The notes under the pieces: model-generated
Database searches by the model: none
Told to the model about the DNA's origin: nothing
The model's input: the letters and a program-made list of their open reading frames with translations, nothing else
Source of the DNA: Candidatus Sericytochromatia bacterium
GTDB lineage: Bacteria; Cyanobacteriota; Sericytochromatia; UBA7694
Assembly (NCBI GenBank): GCA_964229355.1
Contig: CAXRDE010000005.1
Location: forward strand, 101,131-165,130
Direction: 5' to 3'
DNA: 64,000 bases
Shown: one piece after another, positions 16,920 through 26,863 of the stretch
How the letters are laid out: each line of letters opens with the position of its first letter
How positions within the stretch are numbered: position 1 is the first letter of the stretch
Position numbers and translations under genes: made by a program

Positions 16920-18446
16920 CTAGATAAAATTCAAGAAGGTCACAATGACCAACAGAGGCAACAGCACGCTGAAAGACCACAAAATATACCCACCAAAACT
17001 GGGCATTTTAATATTGGAGTGCTCCGCAATGGTTTTAACCATAAAATTGGGGCCGTTGCCGATATAGGTTAAGGCCCCCATAAACACTGCCCCCACAGAA
17101 ATCGCCGCTAGCAGCTCAGGGAACTGGGCGACAAATTCTGTTAGAGGCGCAGTGGGCACACCATTTTTACTGGCAGCCAGTGTCACAAAGGTCAAATAGG
17201 TGGGTGCGTTGTCTAAGAAACCGCTCAAACCACCGGTGACCCAAAAATACTGCCAGGGGGTTTCAAGCGGCAGCAAAGAGCCTTTGGCCTCAAGAATCGT
17301 CAGGGCAGGGATCATGGCCCCAAAGATGCCCACAAAGATACAGGCCACCTCTAAAATCGGCTCAAAAGAGAAGGCATTGGCTTCACGAATACGGGCAGGG
17401 GTCGTAAAGTAGGATGTCAGGGTAATTAACGTCAGAGCGACCACCTGGAACAACTGGGCACCAATGTCGGCATTGGAAAGGCCATAGGCCGCTTTCAAGT
17501 AAGGATGAACCATATAGCCGGAGGCCAAAATCACGCCAACAACCATGGCCAAAAAGCCCAGGTTGCGAGCGCCTTCAATTTTGAGCTTTTTACCTTCAGC
17601 CCCAGACTGAACGATATGGGTTAAGGAGTGCTTTGTGTCTAACTCTTCTTTGGTAAAGAGATAGGTATCTAGCACCAGGAATACCAAAAGTAGCATCCCC
17701 ACCATAACAAACCACTCAGGAATTAAATGTGAAAAGGTCCACTCAAAAGGCACGCCGCGTAAAAATCCCATATACAGGGGCGGATCACCCAGGGGGGTAA
17801 GCAAACCACCGCAATTGGCCACAATAAAGATAAAGAAAACCATCAGGTGGGTTTTGTGCTGACGGGGTTTATTGGCAGTAATTAAAGGCCGAATCAAAAG
17901 CATACTGGCTCCAGTGGTCCCCATCAGATTGGCCAGCACAGCTCCCAGGGCTAAAAACATGGTGTTTACATGAGGGAATCCTGCAAAGGGTCCCGAAATA
18001 TAAATACCGCCGCTGATAATAAAAAGCGAGGCCAACAGAGCAATAAACGCAGCATACTCCACATAGGTGTGTAAGACCTTGTGCCAGTCACCGGTCGGCA
18101 TGAGATAGAAAGCCACACCGGCAATGGCGCACAGGCCAGCCACCATGAGTTTGTTTTTGTTTTGATGCCACCAATGATCTACTTTAGGAATCAAAGGTAA
18201 AATAGCAATCATCAGTAAGAGCCCCACAAAAGGCAAAATATTTAGCAATAAAGGGCCTGTGCCCATGTTTTGCCAATAACTCATATTGCCGTGATGGCCG
18301 GTATCATGACTGGTGCTGGCGTGGGTTTCTTCCTGAGCGTGGTGCACGGTGTTAGGAGAATGTGAGTCGGTAAGTGTTTGGGTCGGTGTTGTGGAATGGT
18401 CCTGATGGGTTACATCGGGCGCGGTATCCGTAGCCGCAATTTGCAT
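16920..18446 (-). CDS. ArsB/NhaD-superfamily ion transporter with His-rich N-terminal tail
   Basis: About 11 TM helices. N-terminal 55 aa is rich in His/Thr/Ser (HQDHSTTPTQ...HHAQEETHASTSHDTGHHGN). Immediately upstream of glpD. Confidence 0.5.
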   Translation of the reverse strand: MQIAATDTAPDVTHQDHSTTPTQTLTDSHSPNTVHHAQEETHASTSHDTGHHGNMSYWQNMGTGPLLLNILPFVGLLLMIAILPLIPKVDHWWHQNKNKLMVAGLCAIAGVAFYLMPTGDWHKVLHTYVEYAAFIALLASLFIISGGIYISGPFAGFPHVNTMFLALGAVLANLMGTTGASMLLIRPLITANKPRQHKTHLMVFFIFIVANCGGLLTPLGDPPLYMGFLRGVPFEWTFSHLIPEWFVMVGMLLLVFLVLDTYLFTKEELDTKHSLTHIVQSGAEGKKLKIEGARNLGFLAMVVGVILASGYMVHPYLKAAYGLSNADIGAQLFQVVALTLITLTSYFTTPARIREANAFSFEPILEVACIFVGIFGAMIPALTILEAKGSLLPLETPWQYFWVTGGLSGFLDNAPTYLTFVTLAASKNGVPTAPLTEFVAQFPELLAAISVGAVFMGALTYIGNGPNFMVKTIAEHSNIKMPSFGGYILWSFSVLLPLLVIVTFLNFI

Positions 18447-18533
18447 AGCAATGTTTCCTGCATCGTTTGTTATGGGTTTTTACGTTTTTTATGGGTAGTA
18501 TACCGGATCTCTTTAAAGAACCGAAAACAGCGC

Positions 18534-18791
18534 CTAGATCTGAAGCATCTCGTTAAGTTTGCCCGCCCGGTCCAAAGCTTGCAGATCAGTAAAACCGCCC
18601 ACTGCTTGATCATTAATAAAGATTTGCGGCACGGTGGTTTGACCACTGGCTTCTACAAGCCAATTTCTTTTGGCATCGTCATAGGTCACATCAATGGCTT
18701 CATAAGTCACGCCTTTGGCATCTAATAAACGCTCTGCAGCACGACAATAGGGGCAGTAGGTTGTGGAATACACTTCAACTTTGGCAGGCAT
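18534..18791 (-). CDS. grxC: Glutaredoxin 3
   Basis: CPYC active site and TVPQIFI motif. Confidence 0.85.
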   Translation of the reverse strand: MPAKVEVYSTTYCPYCRAAERLLDAKGVTYEAIDVTYDDAKRNWLVEASGQTTVPQIFINDQAVGGFTDLQALDRAGKLNEMLQI

Positions 18792-19011
18792 GGGAATGTT
18801 CTCCTCAATGGAATATTTAATCGAATTCTAACCGATATGCAGGGACTTCATCAATCCTGATCAAAAGCACCCGAGCATGCTATCACCTATAGCGATTGAC
18901 ATTGAGGGCTTTCATTCTTTTGCTCACAGCTGTTAATTCAAAAAAGAAAGGCCCTCCTGAGCCTGCTATAATAGGGAGCATATTTAAAACCTTTCATATT
19001 TTGGAGTCCCT

Positions 19012-20457
19012 ATGGAAAGCACCCTCAGACCTGAAGATTTTCAAGCGGTGGAACACGATCTCAACGGCTTCTGGCAAGATTTCGACGAGCGCTATACCGA
19101 TATCGTACAACGCCAGCCTGTCCAAACCCTGTATGGGGGAGCCCAACTGTTCAAAGCAGATACCGCTCAAAAAATGGGGGATTTAGCCCGTAGGGCTTTA
19201 GACAGCTATGCCCCAAACTTTGTCTATTTAGCCAAAGCAGCGCGTTTAAGCATGCATGAATCACTCCCCGATGATTGGCATCAGGCCGAAGCCCTGGCAC
19301 AGTCCATTCAAGAAAACCCTGAGGCCGCAAAAAATCTAAACCCTGAAGCCTTTCTAGCCTACACCATTTATGACCGGGTACTCCACAAACTGCAAACCGA
19401 ACCCGTTGAAGACTTTCGTATTGATTTTGAAGATGGCTATGGCAACCGCCCCGATGCCGAAGAAGACAACGATGCCGTACGCAATGCCTTAGAAGTCGCA
19501 AAAGGTATGGAAGCCAATATTCTACCGCCGTTTATTGGTATTCGCATCAAGCCCTGGACCCGTCAGCTGTTTCAACGCTCCGCCCGCACCTTAGATATTT
19601 TTGTGACCGCGCTGTTAAAGGCCACACAGAACACCTTGCCACAAAACTTTGTGGTTACCCTACCTAAAGTGACTCACCCCACCCAGGTCTCTGGCCTTGT
19701 GACTTTACTCGAAAAACTCGAAAGCGCCCACCACTTACCGGACGGTAGCCTTCAACTCGAAATCATGGTAGAAACCACCCAGTCTATTTTGGATGGCCAG
19801 GGACAAGTCATGCTGCCACAGCTTTTGGCCGCTGCCAAAGGCCGTTGCCGCGGTGCTCACTTTGGGACCTATGACTATACCGCCAGCTGCAATATTATTG
19901 CCCGCTACCAGAGCATGGACCACCCGGCCTGCGATTTTTCACGACACATGATGCAGGTGGCTTTTTCGGGTACCGGCGTCATGCTTTCTGATGGTGCCAC
20001 CAATATTATGCCGGTCCCTGTACACCGTGCAGAGCCAGGCCAGGCCCTCAATTTGATTCAATTGCAAGAGAACCTTCAGGCTGTCCATAGCGCCTGGGGA
20101 CTTCACAGTGACCATATCCGCCACTCCCTTACCCATGGCCATTACCAGGGTTGGGACCTGCATCCGGCTCAGCTCATTACACGCTATGCCGTGGTTTACG
20201 ACTTCTTTTTAAGAGAGCTGAAAAATTCCACGTTGCGCTTTCAAAACTTTGTTTCAAAAGCGGCGCAGGCCACCTTAAGTGGTGATGTCTTTGATGACGC
20301 CGCCACCGGACGGGGTCTTCTCAATTACTTCCGTTTGGCGCACAATAGCGGTGCGATTAACCAACAGGAAATTGAACAGGCCGGCTTAACCCTGGAAGAC
20401 CTGAGCGGAGGCACGGGCTCAGGTGCGTCACCCTGGCTTGCCTTAATTGCAGGGTAA
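19012..20457 (+). CDS. HpcH/HpaI aldolase / citrate-lyase beta-like family protein (large, 481 aa)
   Basis: RIDFEDGYG (D-x-E-D-G) and IMVETTQSI motifs resemble CitE/HpcH metal-binding signatures. Extra N- and C-terminal regions are unassigned. Confidence 0.35.
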   Translation: MESTLRPEDFQAVEHDLNGFWQDFDERYTDIVQRQPVQTLYGGAQLFKADTAQKMGDLARRALDSYAPNFVYLAKAARLSMHESLPDDWHQAEALAQSIQENPEAAKNLNPEAFLAYTIYDRVLHKLQTEPVEDFRIDFEDGYGNRPDAEEDNDAVRNALEVAKGMEANILPPFIGIRIKPWTRQLFQRSARTLDIFVTALLKATQNTLPQNFVVTLPKVTHPTQVSGLVTLLEKLESAHHLPDGSLQLEIMVETTQSILDGQGQVMLPQLLAAAKGRCRGAHFGTYDYTASCNIIARYQSMDHPACDFSRHMMQVAFSGTGVMLSDGATNIMPVPVHRAEPGQALNLIQLQENLQAVHSAWGLHSDHIRHSLTHGHYQGWDLHPAQLITRYAVVYDFFLRELKNSTLRFQNFVSKAAQATLSGDVFDDAATGRGLLNYFRLAHNSGAINQQEIEQAGLTLEDLSGGTGSGASPWLALIAG

Positions 20458-20465
20458 CTAAGCCC

Positions 20466-21170
20466 ATGGAATGGAATCCTCCTTTTGCCACAGCCACATT
20501 AATCAAGCGCTATAAACGCTTTTTAGCGGACGTGGAAAAGGGGGGGGAAGTCCTTACCGTGCATTGTCCTAACACAGGCCCCATGACAGGCTGTGCCGAA
20601 CCTGGGTGGACCGTGGCTCTAAGTCACTCGGACAACCCACGACGCAAGCTCCCCTGGACGCTGGAAATGACCCACAATGGCCACAGTTGGATCGGTGTGA
20701 ATACCCACCAGGCCAACCGTCTGGCCGAAGAAGCGCTGCAAAAAGGGATGATTCCTGAGCTGCAGGGATACCCCGATCTACAGCGCGAAGTACGCTACGG
20801 TCACGAAAAGAGTCGCATCGACTTCTTGCTGCAAGCGCCGGACCGAAGCGATTGCTATGTGGAAGTCAAATCCGTGACGCTGCTAGAAAACAATGTGCAC
20901 CTTTTTCCTGATACGGTGACCACACGGGGGCAAAAACACCTGCGAGAACTGAGCCTTCTGGCCCAGGAGGGAAAACGGGCCGTCATGTTGTATTTAATCC
21001 AACGCGAAGACGGGGGAAAAACCTTTAAACCCGCTGGTCATTACGACCCAGACTATGCCGACTTGCTCCACATTGCTCAGAAGGCAGGGGTTGAAATTCT
21101 GGCTTACCAATGCCATGTCTCGCCACAACGTTGGCTGGTTAAAGGCCCACTGGACGTACAGGTTCGTTAA
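20466..21170 (+). CDS. sfsA: Sugar fermentation stimulation protein SfsA
   Basis: RYKRFLADV...VHCPNTG N-terminus typical of SfsA. Confidence 0.8.
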   Translation: MEWNPPFATATLIKRYKRFLADVEKGGEVLTVHCPNTGPMTGCAEPGWTVALSHSDNPRRKLPWTLEMTHNGHSWIGVNTHQANRLAEEALQKGMIPELQGYPDLQREVRYGHEKSRIDFLLQAPDRSDCYVEVKSVTLLENNVHLFPDTVTTRGQKHLRELSLLAQEGKRAVMLYLIQREDGGKTFKPAGHYDPDYADLLHIAQKAGVEILAYQCHVSPQRWLVKGPLDVQVR

Positions 21171-21176
21171 GGTGCG

Positions 21177-21539
21177 TTATTTTTGAGTGCTCAGTTGCTC
21201 ATCCAACTGCTTACGCAGTTTCGGATTCACATCCAAAATGCGGGCCGGAAAAATTTCTTTTTGCTTTAATACCACAGGAAAACGCTGATTTTTTAACTGC
21301 TCTTTTGCTCCACCGTGATAATAAGCGGGCGGCACCTGAAATTTATAAAACAGTTTTTCACGATCCAGCTTCACCGTGAGATAGTATTTGCACATGCTTT
21401 CATGGTTTTGCCGACAGCGACTTTCGGTTTCAACACTCGAATAGACAGCATCTTTAAGTACAGTGGGAGCGTTTTTCAGATCATAGTAGTAAGCGCCCGC
21501 CGCGGCCACCAGACCGATCATAAAAAGTTTAAAAAACAT
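21177..21539 (-). CDS. Hypothetical small membrane-anchored protein
   Basis: Start at MFFKLFMIG with a GAGGA RBS; single N-terminal TM. Confidence 0.3.
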   Translation of the reverse strand: MFFKLFMIGLVAAAGAYYYDLKNAPTVLKDAVYSSVETESRCRQNHESMCKYYLTVKLDREKLFYKFQVPPAYYHGGAKEQLKNQRFPVVLKQKEIFPARILDVNPKLRKQLDEQLSTQK

Positions 21540-21636
21540 GTCCGTGTATTCCTCAGTCTTGTTCGTTGTGTTCAATTCTAGCATGCTCCGACATCATGCT
21601 AGAATTAGATTAATATGCTGGGAAAGGAAGCCTATG

Positions 21637-21936
21637 TGGCAAGAACTCTTAAACGACATCATTCAAGACGCTGAGTTCCTGTATGATCGGGTGGTGCGAC
21701 GCTGGGGAAACCCTCACTTTGCTCAATCTACACTCTATGACTGGATTTGGTCTGAACAACTCGCTGAGCAACTTGCCCATTTGCCACCGCGTCAGCAGGG
21801 GGCCCTCCGGGTTGCCCTGATGAAGCACTTTCGTATTAAACCCTGGCCCTGGGCTCCTGAGATTACTCCTCAACCCGCTAAACACAACAACACCGCAGAT
21901 ACAAACAAAGGAAACAAATACCGTGGGATCTTATGA
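21637..21936 (+). CDS. Hypothetical protein
   Basis: Start MWQELLNDI with GGAAGG RBS; overlaps gatB start. Confidence 0.3.
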   Translation, partial: WQELLNDIIQDAEFLYDRVVRRWGNPHFAQSTLYDWIWSEQLAEQLAHLPPRQQGALRVALMKHFRIKPWPWAPEITPQPAKHNNTADTNKGNKYRGIL

Positions 21937-23374
21937 AACCGTTATTGGCTTAGAAGTTCATGCTGAACTGCTCACCGAAAGTAAAATCTTTTGTGGAAGC
22001 TCCGCCCACTTCGGTGGCGAACCCAATCATCATGTAGACCCCGTTACCTTAGGTTTACCCGGTGCTCTACCCGTTCTCAATGAAAAAGTTTTAGAGATGG
22101 CGATCCAGGCCGGTTTGGCCACGGAATGTCGTATTGCCCGCAAAACAAAATTTGACCGCAAGCACTACTTCTATGCGGATCTCCCCAAAGGCTATCAAAT
22201 CACCCAATACGATTACCCCATTGCCGAAGCCGGAGCCATTCGCTTTGAGCACAACGGTGAAGAAAAAAGCGTCCGACTCAACCGCATTCACATGGAAGAG
22301 GACGCGGGAAAGCTGGTACACGCAGGGGCAGCCGGCATGTCAGGTTCAACGCATAGCCTGGCTGATTATAACCGCGCGGGCGTACCCCTTTTAGAAATTG
22401 TAAGTGAACCCGATATGCGTTCCAGTGAAGAAGCCCGTTTGTATCTTGAAAGCCTGCGCGCCATTTTAATGGCGATTGGCGTCTGCGACGGCAAAATGGA
22501 AGAGGGCAGCTTGCGGTGTGATGCCAACATTTCTCTGCGTCCGTTGGGAAGCGCTGAATTCGGGACACGGGTCGAAATCAAAAACATTAACTCTTTTCGC
22601 TTTTTACAAAAAGCCATCGATTATGAAGTCTTGCGCCAAAGTATTGCTTTAGACAGTGGAGAGGTTCTGGTGCAAGAAACCCGACTGTGGGACGAAGCAA
22701 AGGGCGTCACCCGCTCAATGCGATCGAAAGAAGATGCCCATGACTACCGTTACATGCCCGATCCCGACTTAATCTGGTACCACGTGTCAGATGCGAAAAT
22801 TGAGGCGTTGAAAGCCCGCTTGCCGGAGCTACCTGCCGCCCAGCGGGCACGCTATCAGACCCTGGGGCTGCAGCCTGAAGAGGCCAATATTCTGGTTAAC
22901 ACACCAGAACTTGCCCATTGTTTTGAAGCCTGTTTGGCCCTGGGCGCCTCGGCCAGTGACGCCAGTAAATGGCTCACCGGAGACATTCAGGCTTATTTCA
23001 ATCAGCATGAAACCACCCTGGACCAGTCACATTTTTCTGCACCGCTGCTCTACGAACTGCTGCAATTAATTGAATCCGGAAAGATCAGCGGAAAAATCGC
23101 CAAGTCTCTTTTACCCGAAATCATTGAAAAAGGCACTTCACCAACAGCCCTTGTGGAGGCAAAAGGCCTGGCTCAAATTTCGGATACCAGCACCCTCCAA
23201 AAAATCATTGATGACATTTTAAACCAAAACCCTGAACAAGTTCAGGAATTTTTGGCGGGCAAGCAAAAAGTCCTGGGCTTTTTAATGGGGCAGGTGATGA
23301 AAGCAACCAAAGGGCAAGCGGATCCTGGGTTGGCCAATCAAATGGTTCGTCAGAGTCTGCAAGCCAGAGCGTGA
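21923..23374 (+). CDS. gatB: Asp-tRNA(Asn)/Glu-tRNA(Gln) amidotransferase subunit B
   Basis: ETVIGLEVHAEL, KFDRKHYFYADLPKGYQITQ, YRYMPDPDL motifs. Confidence 0.9.
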   Translation: MGSYETVIGLEVHAELLTESKIFCGSSAHFGGEPNHHVDPVTLGLPGALPVLNEKVLEMAIQAGLATECRIARKTKFDRKHYFYADLPKGYQITQYDYPIAEAGAIRFEHNGEEKSVRLNRIHMEEDAGKLVHAGAAGMSGSTHSLADYNRAGVPLLEIVSEPDMRSSEEARLYLESLRAILMAIGVCDGKMEEGSLRCDANISLRPLGSAEFGTRVEIKNINSFRFLQKAIDYEVLRQSIALDSGEVLVQETRLWDEAKGVTRSMRSKEDAHDYRYMPDPDLIWYHVSDAKIEALKARLPELPAAQRARYQTLGLQPEEANILVNTPELAHCFEACLALGASASDASKWLTGDIQAYFNQHETTLDQSHFSAPLLYELLQLIESGKISGKIAKSLLPEIIEKGTSPTALVEAKGLAQISDTSTLQKIIDDILNQNPEQVQEFLAGKQKVLGFLMGQVMKATKGQADPGLANQMVRQSLQARA

Positions 23375-24966
23375 GGCGTTGCAAAAGCCTACTCTTTGGC
23401 CTTGTGCTCAGTGTAGGCTTAAACATTGCCATGCCCACGCAGGCTCAGACGGAGCGTTATTATAAAGAGGGGCTGCAACTTTTACAAGAAGGTGCGTGGC
23501 CGATGGCCAGCCAGCGTTTTCGCCAGGCGCTTTTACAGACAGAAGATCGCGCTGAAATTTGGTTTGCACTCGGCGTAAGTTTGTATCAACAGCAGGATTT
23601 AACGGGAGCTTATCAGGCTTATACCTCCGGGCTGCGCTTGCTGCCCTCGCTCGCGATTCAGGCCCGATTGCGCAGCGGGTTGGGCGACATTTTTTTTGAG
23701 CAGCAAAATTTTCCACAGGCGATTGAAGCCTATACCCAGGCGCTGGCTTTTCAGCCCAATTGGTCAGGCGTCCGCCTAAAACTCGCCACAGCCTTACTGC
23801 GAGAGCAACGTTTTCAAGAGGCTTTAATCCAAAGTGAATGGCTTCAACAGCAAAGCCTTCCTCCTGCGGAGAGTCTATACTTACAAAGTCTGATTTATCT
23901 AGCCCAAAAAGACTTAGAGTCTGCAATTCCCAGTTTAGAGAAGCTTGCTCAATACCCAGAACATGCTTTTAACGCCCGTCAAATGTTGACCTGGCTTTAT
24001 CAAAACAACCACGAGAAAGACTATCAAAGAAACGCAGCGGCCTTAGCCGCTATGGCTTCAGACTACCCGGCGGTCTACCGCGTGCTGGGGTTTAGCGAAA
24101 GCCAGCGCTTCTTCCAATGCTTTTTAGAGCAGTCACACCCATGTCATAACCCCACCTACTTAGAGACACTCCAACGCTGGCGGTTAAGTGGTATAAATAC
24201 CGATAGCGCCTATTTTGCATTGGGCAATTATTATCAACTTCATCATGATTGGGAGCGTGCAGCGTCTGCTTTTTTAAGGGCTGCACAGATTTTTCCTGAA
24301 CGTCATCATTATCAGCAAAAGGCGTATCTCATGGCCCGTAGTCAAAATACAGCCCGCCGTTTCCCTCTTACCTCAAACTTTCCCCCTAAAGAAGAGCAAG
24401 ACAATGCCCTCTGGAGAGAACTTTCGGTTTGGAACGAGCATTTCGTAAAGACCGCCCAGACACCCCCTGAGCCCTCCCTCTCGCCTGGACAAACGCTCTT
24501 TTGGCAGGGCTTTGGAGAATCGTTGTGGTATCAGCCTCCCACTGGAGAAACAAAAAAGCGCTGGGCTCAGGCGGAAAAGCTTTTAGAAGAAGGGGCCGAG
24601 AAAAAAATCATTCAAAGTTGGAGGCTTCAACAAGCGGGAGAAACCAGCTGGGCGCTTAAAACCCTGGAAGAGGCACAATACTATGCCCCTGATTGGTGGC
24701 TACCTTACGCCCTGTGGAGTATCTTTGCTCAGGAAAGCGGAGGATATTCCCTTGAAAGCCTCCAACGTCACGTGGAGATCGCTTATAGCCTCAACCCGAT
24801 TTCGCTTCGCATTGCCGAGCTACGCTTTAACCCTCAGCTCGGCCTTGAAGAGAAACAAGTCAAATTGCGAGAGGTGCTGACCACGTTTCCCGAGCACTCA
24901 GCGTTTCAGGACATGTACCTTAAGACCTTACAAAATAGCCTTAACGCTGACGCTCTACAAAAATAA
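23371..24966 (+). CDS. Tetratricopeptide repeat protein, secreted
   Basis: GTG start overlapping gatB stop (GTGA). Signal peptide, then repeated W/LG-Y-A-P TPR-like 34-aa units. Confidence 0.55.
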   Translation: MRRCKSLLFGLVLSVGLNIAMPTQAQTERYYKEGLQLLQEGAWPMASQRFRQALLQTEDRAEIWFALGVSLYQQQDLTGAYQAYTSGLRLLPSLAIQARLRSGLGDIFFEQQNFPQAIEAYTQALAFQPNWSGVRLKLATALLREQRFQEALIQSEWLQQQSLPPAESLYLQSLIYLAQKDLESAIPSLEKLAQYPEHAFNARQMLTWLYQNNHEKDYQRNAAALAAMASDYPAVYRVLGFSESQRFFQCFLEQSHPCHNPTYLETLQRWRLSGINTDSAYFALGNYYQLHHDWERAASAFLRAAQIFPERHHYQQKAYLMARSQNTARRFPLTSNFPPKEEQDNALWRELSVWNEHFVKTAQTPPEPSLSPGQTLFWQGFGESLWYQPPTGETKKRWAQAEKLLEEGAEKKIIQSWRLQQAGETSWALKTLEEAQYYAPDWWLPYALWSIFAQESGGYSLESLQRHVEIAYSLNPISLRIAELRFNPQLGLEEKQVKLREVLTTFPEHSAFQDMYLKTLQNSLNADALQK

Positions 24967-26371
24967 ACTGACGATCTTCAAGGGCTTTCAAAGCTTGCAA
25001 AAGCTGCATCCGCGAAGCCGGTAGTTCAGCAGCTAAATCTCTAACCCGTTTAACAGGATCTAGAATTTCAAAAATATAAAAAGAGAGATCCGGCAGCATG
25101 TCATGGGTACTGGGCTGCATAATTTGCTCAAGCAGATCATCATCCTGGTACATTTCCCACAGCAATTTATACTCTGTTAGATAGGCATCCGCGGCTTCAA
25201 TCAGCTTAAAGGCGTTTTGGCGAATGGTGGCTGCAGGGGCCTGAGCCGTGGGAATATAAAGAAAATTACCGCTTTCCCAGGACAAAATTGTCATCAAGGT
25301 TTCAACGCTATCTAAGGTCTTGTTTTTAATATCCGCATGCAAAATATTGCCATTTTGAAGCCAAATACCGGCCTGTTCTGAGGCGTTCCACACCAGCAAC
25401 TGTCCACTGTCATGGCGATGTACAAAGTTATGTAAATCGTCTACCAGACTAAACCGAGAAAAGGAATGTAAAGCCGGCAAGACCGAGTTCATTGCCAATC
25501 TGGGGTCCGCGCCGTCAAAAAAGACACGGGTCGACAAAATGCGCAAAAGCTGCTGGAATTGCCGACAATGGGCAAATCGATGCTGGGGCAACTTATGAAT
25601 GGCCGTCATCACCAACTGGTTCAAATCCTGGCCAATCATTGGGTTTAAATGAATGGGCTCTACGGGCGTTTGATTCATAATGGCGTAAATGGTTGAACCG
25701 GGGTCTTCGCCGGGAAAAGGCACTTGCCCTGTGAGTAGTTCGTAGAGGGTCACACCCACGGCATAAAGATCACTTTGCGGGTCTGACAGGCTCTGATTCT
25801 TCAGTAATTCAGGCGCCATATAAGCCACGGTTCCCGCCATGGCACTGGCATCGTTCATAAAGTTTTGGCCCGTAAAGCAAGCCAAACCAAAATCTAATAT
25901 TTTAATATGGCCATCGGGCATAATCAGAATATTTTCGGGCTTAATATCTCGATGCACAATGCCTCGTGCATGCATGTATTCTAAAGCCTGACAGGTTTGC
26001 TCAATCATGGGCAACACGGAAGAAGGCAAGGGTGGGTTTACCCGCATGTAAGCGTCTAAAGTGACCCCTTCAACCCATTCTGTCACCAAACAATAGTGTC
26101 CATTGCCCTCTAACTGATCCAATACTTTTAACACATGGGGATGATCCAACAACCTGAGGATATTACCCTCTTGACGAAAACGTTCAATGGCGGCCGCCTG
26201 AACATCTGGTGAAGCATGAGCAGGCACGTTTAGAAACTTCAAAACCACCATCTGGTGTGTTTGAAGATCATGGGCCTGAAAAACGCTGGCTGAGCCACCT
26301 TGCCCAATTTTATCAAGCAGGGCATAGCGACCTGCAATAGGGGTTGCCGAGGGATTATGCATGTTCACCAT
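24941..26371 (-). CDS. Ser/Thr protein kinase with C-terminal regulatory domain
   Basis: Gly loop IGQGGSASV, VLK lysine, HRDIKPENIL catalytic loop, DFGLA, APE motifs. Confidence 0.8.
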   Translation of the reverse strand: MVNMHNPSATPIAGRYALLDKIGQGGSASVFQAHDLQTHQMVVLKFLNVPAHASPDVQAAAIERFRQEGNILRLLDHPHVLKVLDQLEGNGHYCLVTEWVEGVTLDAYMRVNPPLPSSVLPMIEQTCQALEYMHARGIVHRDIKPENILIMPDGHIKILDFGLACFTGQNFMNDASAMAGTVAYMAPELLKNQSLSDPQSDLYAVGVTLYELLTGQVPFPGEDPGSTIYAIMNQTPVEPIHLNPMIGQDLNQLVMTAIHKLPQHRFAHCRQFQQLLRILSTRVFFDGADPRLAMNSVLPALHSFSRFSLVDDLHNFVHRHDSGQLLVWNASEQAGIWLQNGNILHADIKNKTLDSVETLMTILSWESGNFLYIPTAQAPAATIRQNAFKLIEAADAYLTEYKLLWEMYQDDDLLEQIMQPSTHDMLPDLSFYIFEILDPVKRVRDLAAELPASRMQLLQALKALEDRQFIFVERQR

Positions 26372-26398
26372 TTACTCCACAAACCTGTTATCACATCC

Positions 26399-26863
26399 TC
26401 ATCCTAACATGTCTGAAGGGCTCTGTGAGGGGCTAGCGGCGTCTTCACTGAGTTCAAGCAAGACCCCGCCTGTGGCTTTAGGGTGTACAAAGGCAACTTT
26501 TTTCTGATTTGCACCGGGACGAGGGGTTTTGTCAATGAGACGCACACCCGCAGCGTCCAGCTTTTGTAAAAGCGCTTCTATACCGTTAACCTTCAGACAA
26601 ATATGATGAATACCCGGCCCGCGCTTTTGTATAAAACGCGCAATGGGACTCTCTTCAGAGGTGGGCTCCAATAACTCCAGGTGGCATTCACCGGTGTTTA
26701 AAAAGGCTACATTCACCGCCTCTGTGGGAACCGTTTCTGTTTTTAAAACCTCTAAACCCAGTAACTGATAAAAAGCCAGGGTTTCAGCCAGGCTTTCTAC
26801 CGCCACACCAATATGATCCAACGGTAAAGCACTCAGGGGGGCCGGTAAGTTAGGTGTTTGCAT
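26399..26863 (-). CDS. Methylmalonyl-CoA epimerase (VOC family)
   Basis: LDHIGVAVESL, HLELLEP, GPGIHHICLKV, GVLLEL. Confidence 0.7.
   Translation of the reverse strand: MQTPNLPAPLSALPLDHIGVAVESLAETLAFYQLLGLEVLKTETVPTEAVNVAFLNTGECHLELLEPTSEESPIARFIQKRGPGIHHICLKVNGIEALLQKLDAAGVRLIDKTPRPGANQKKVAFVHPKATGGVLLELSEDAASPSQSPSDMLG

Noticed and set aside
18896-19186. 96-aa plus ORF spanning the start of the aldolase-like gene
   Set aside because: Overlaps promoter and 5' end of the 481-aa gene; no motif support.
23408-23926. Minus-strand 172-aa ORF
   Set aside because: Antisense within the TPR gene.
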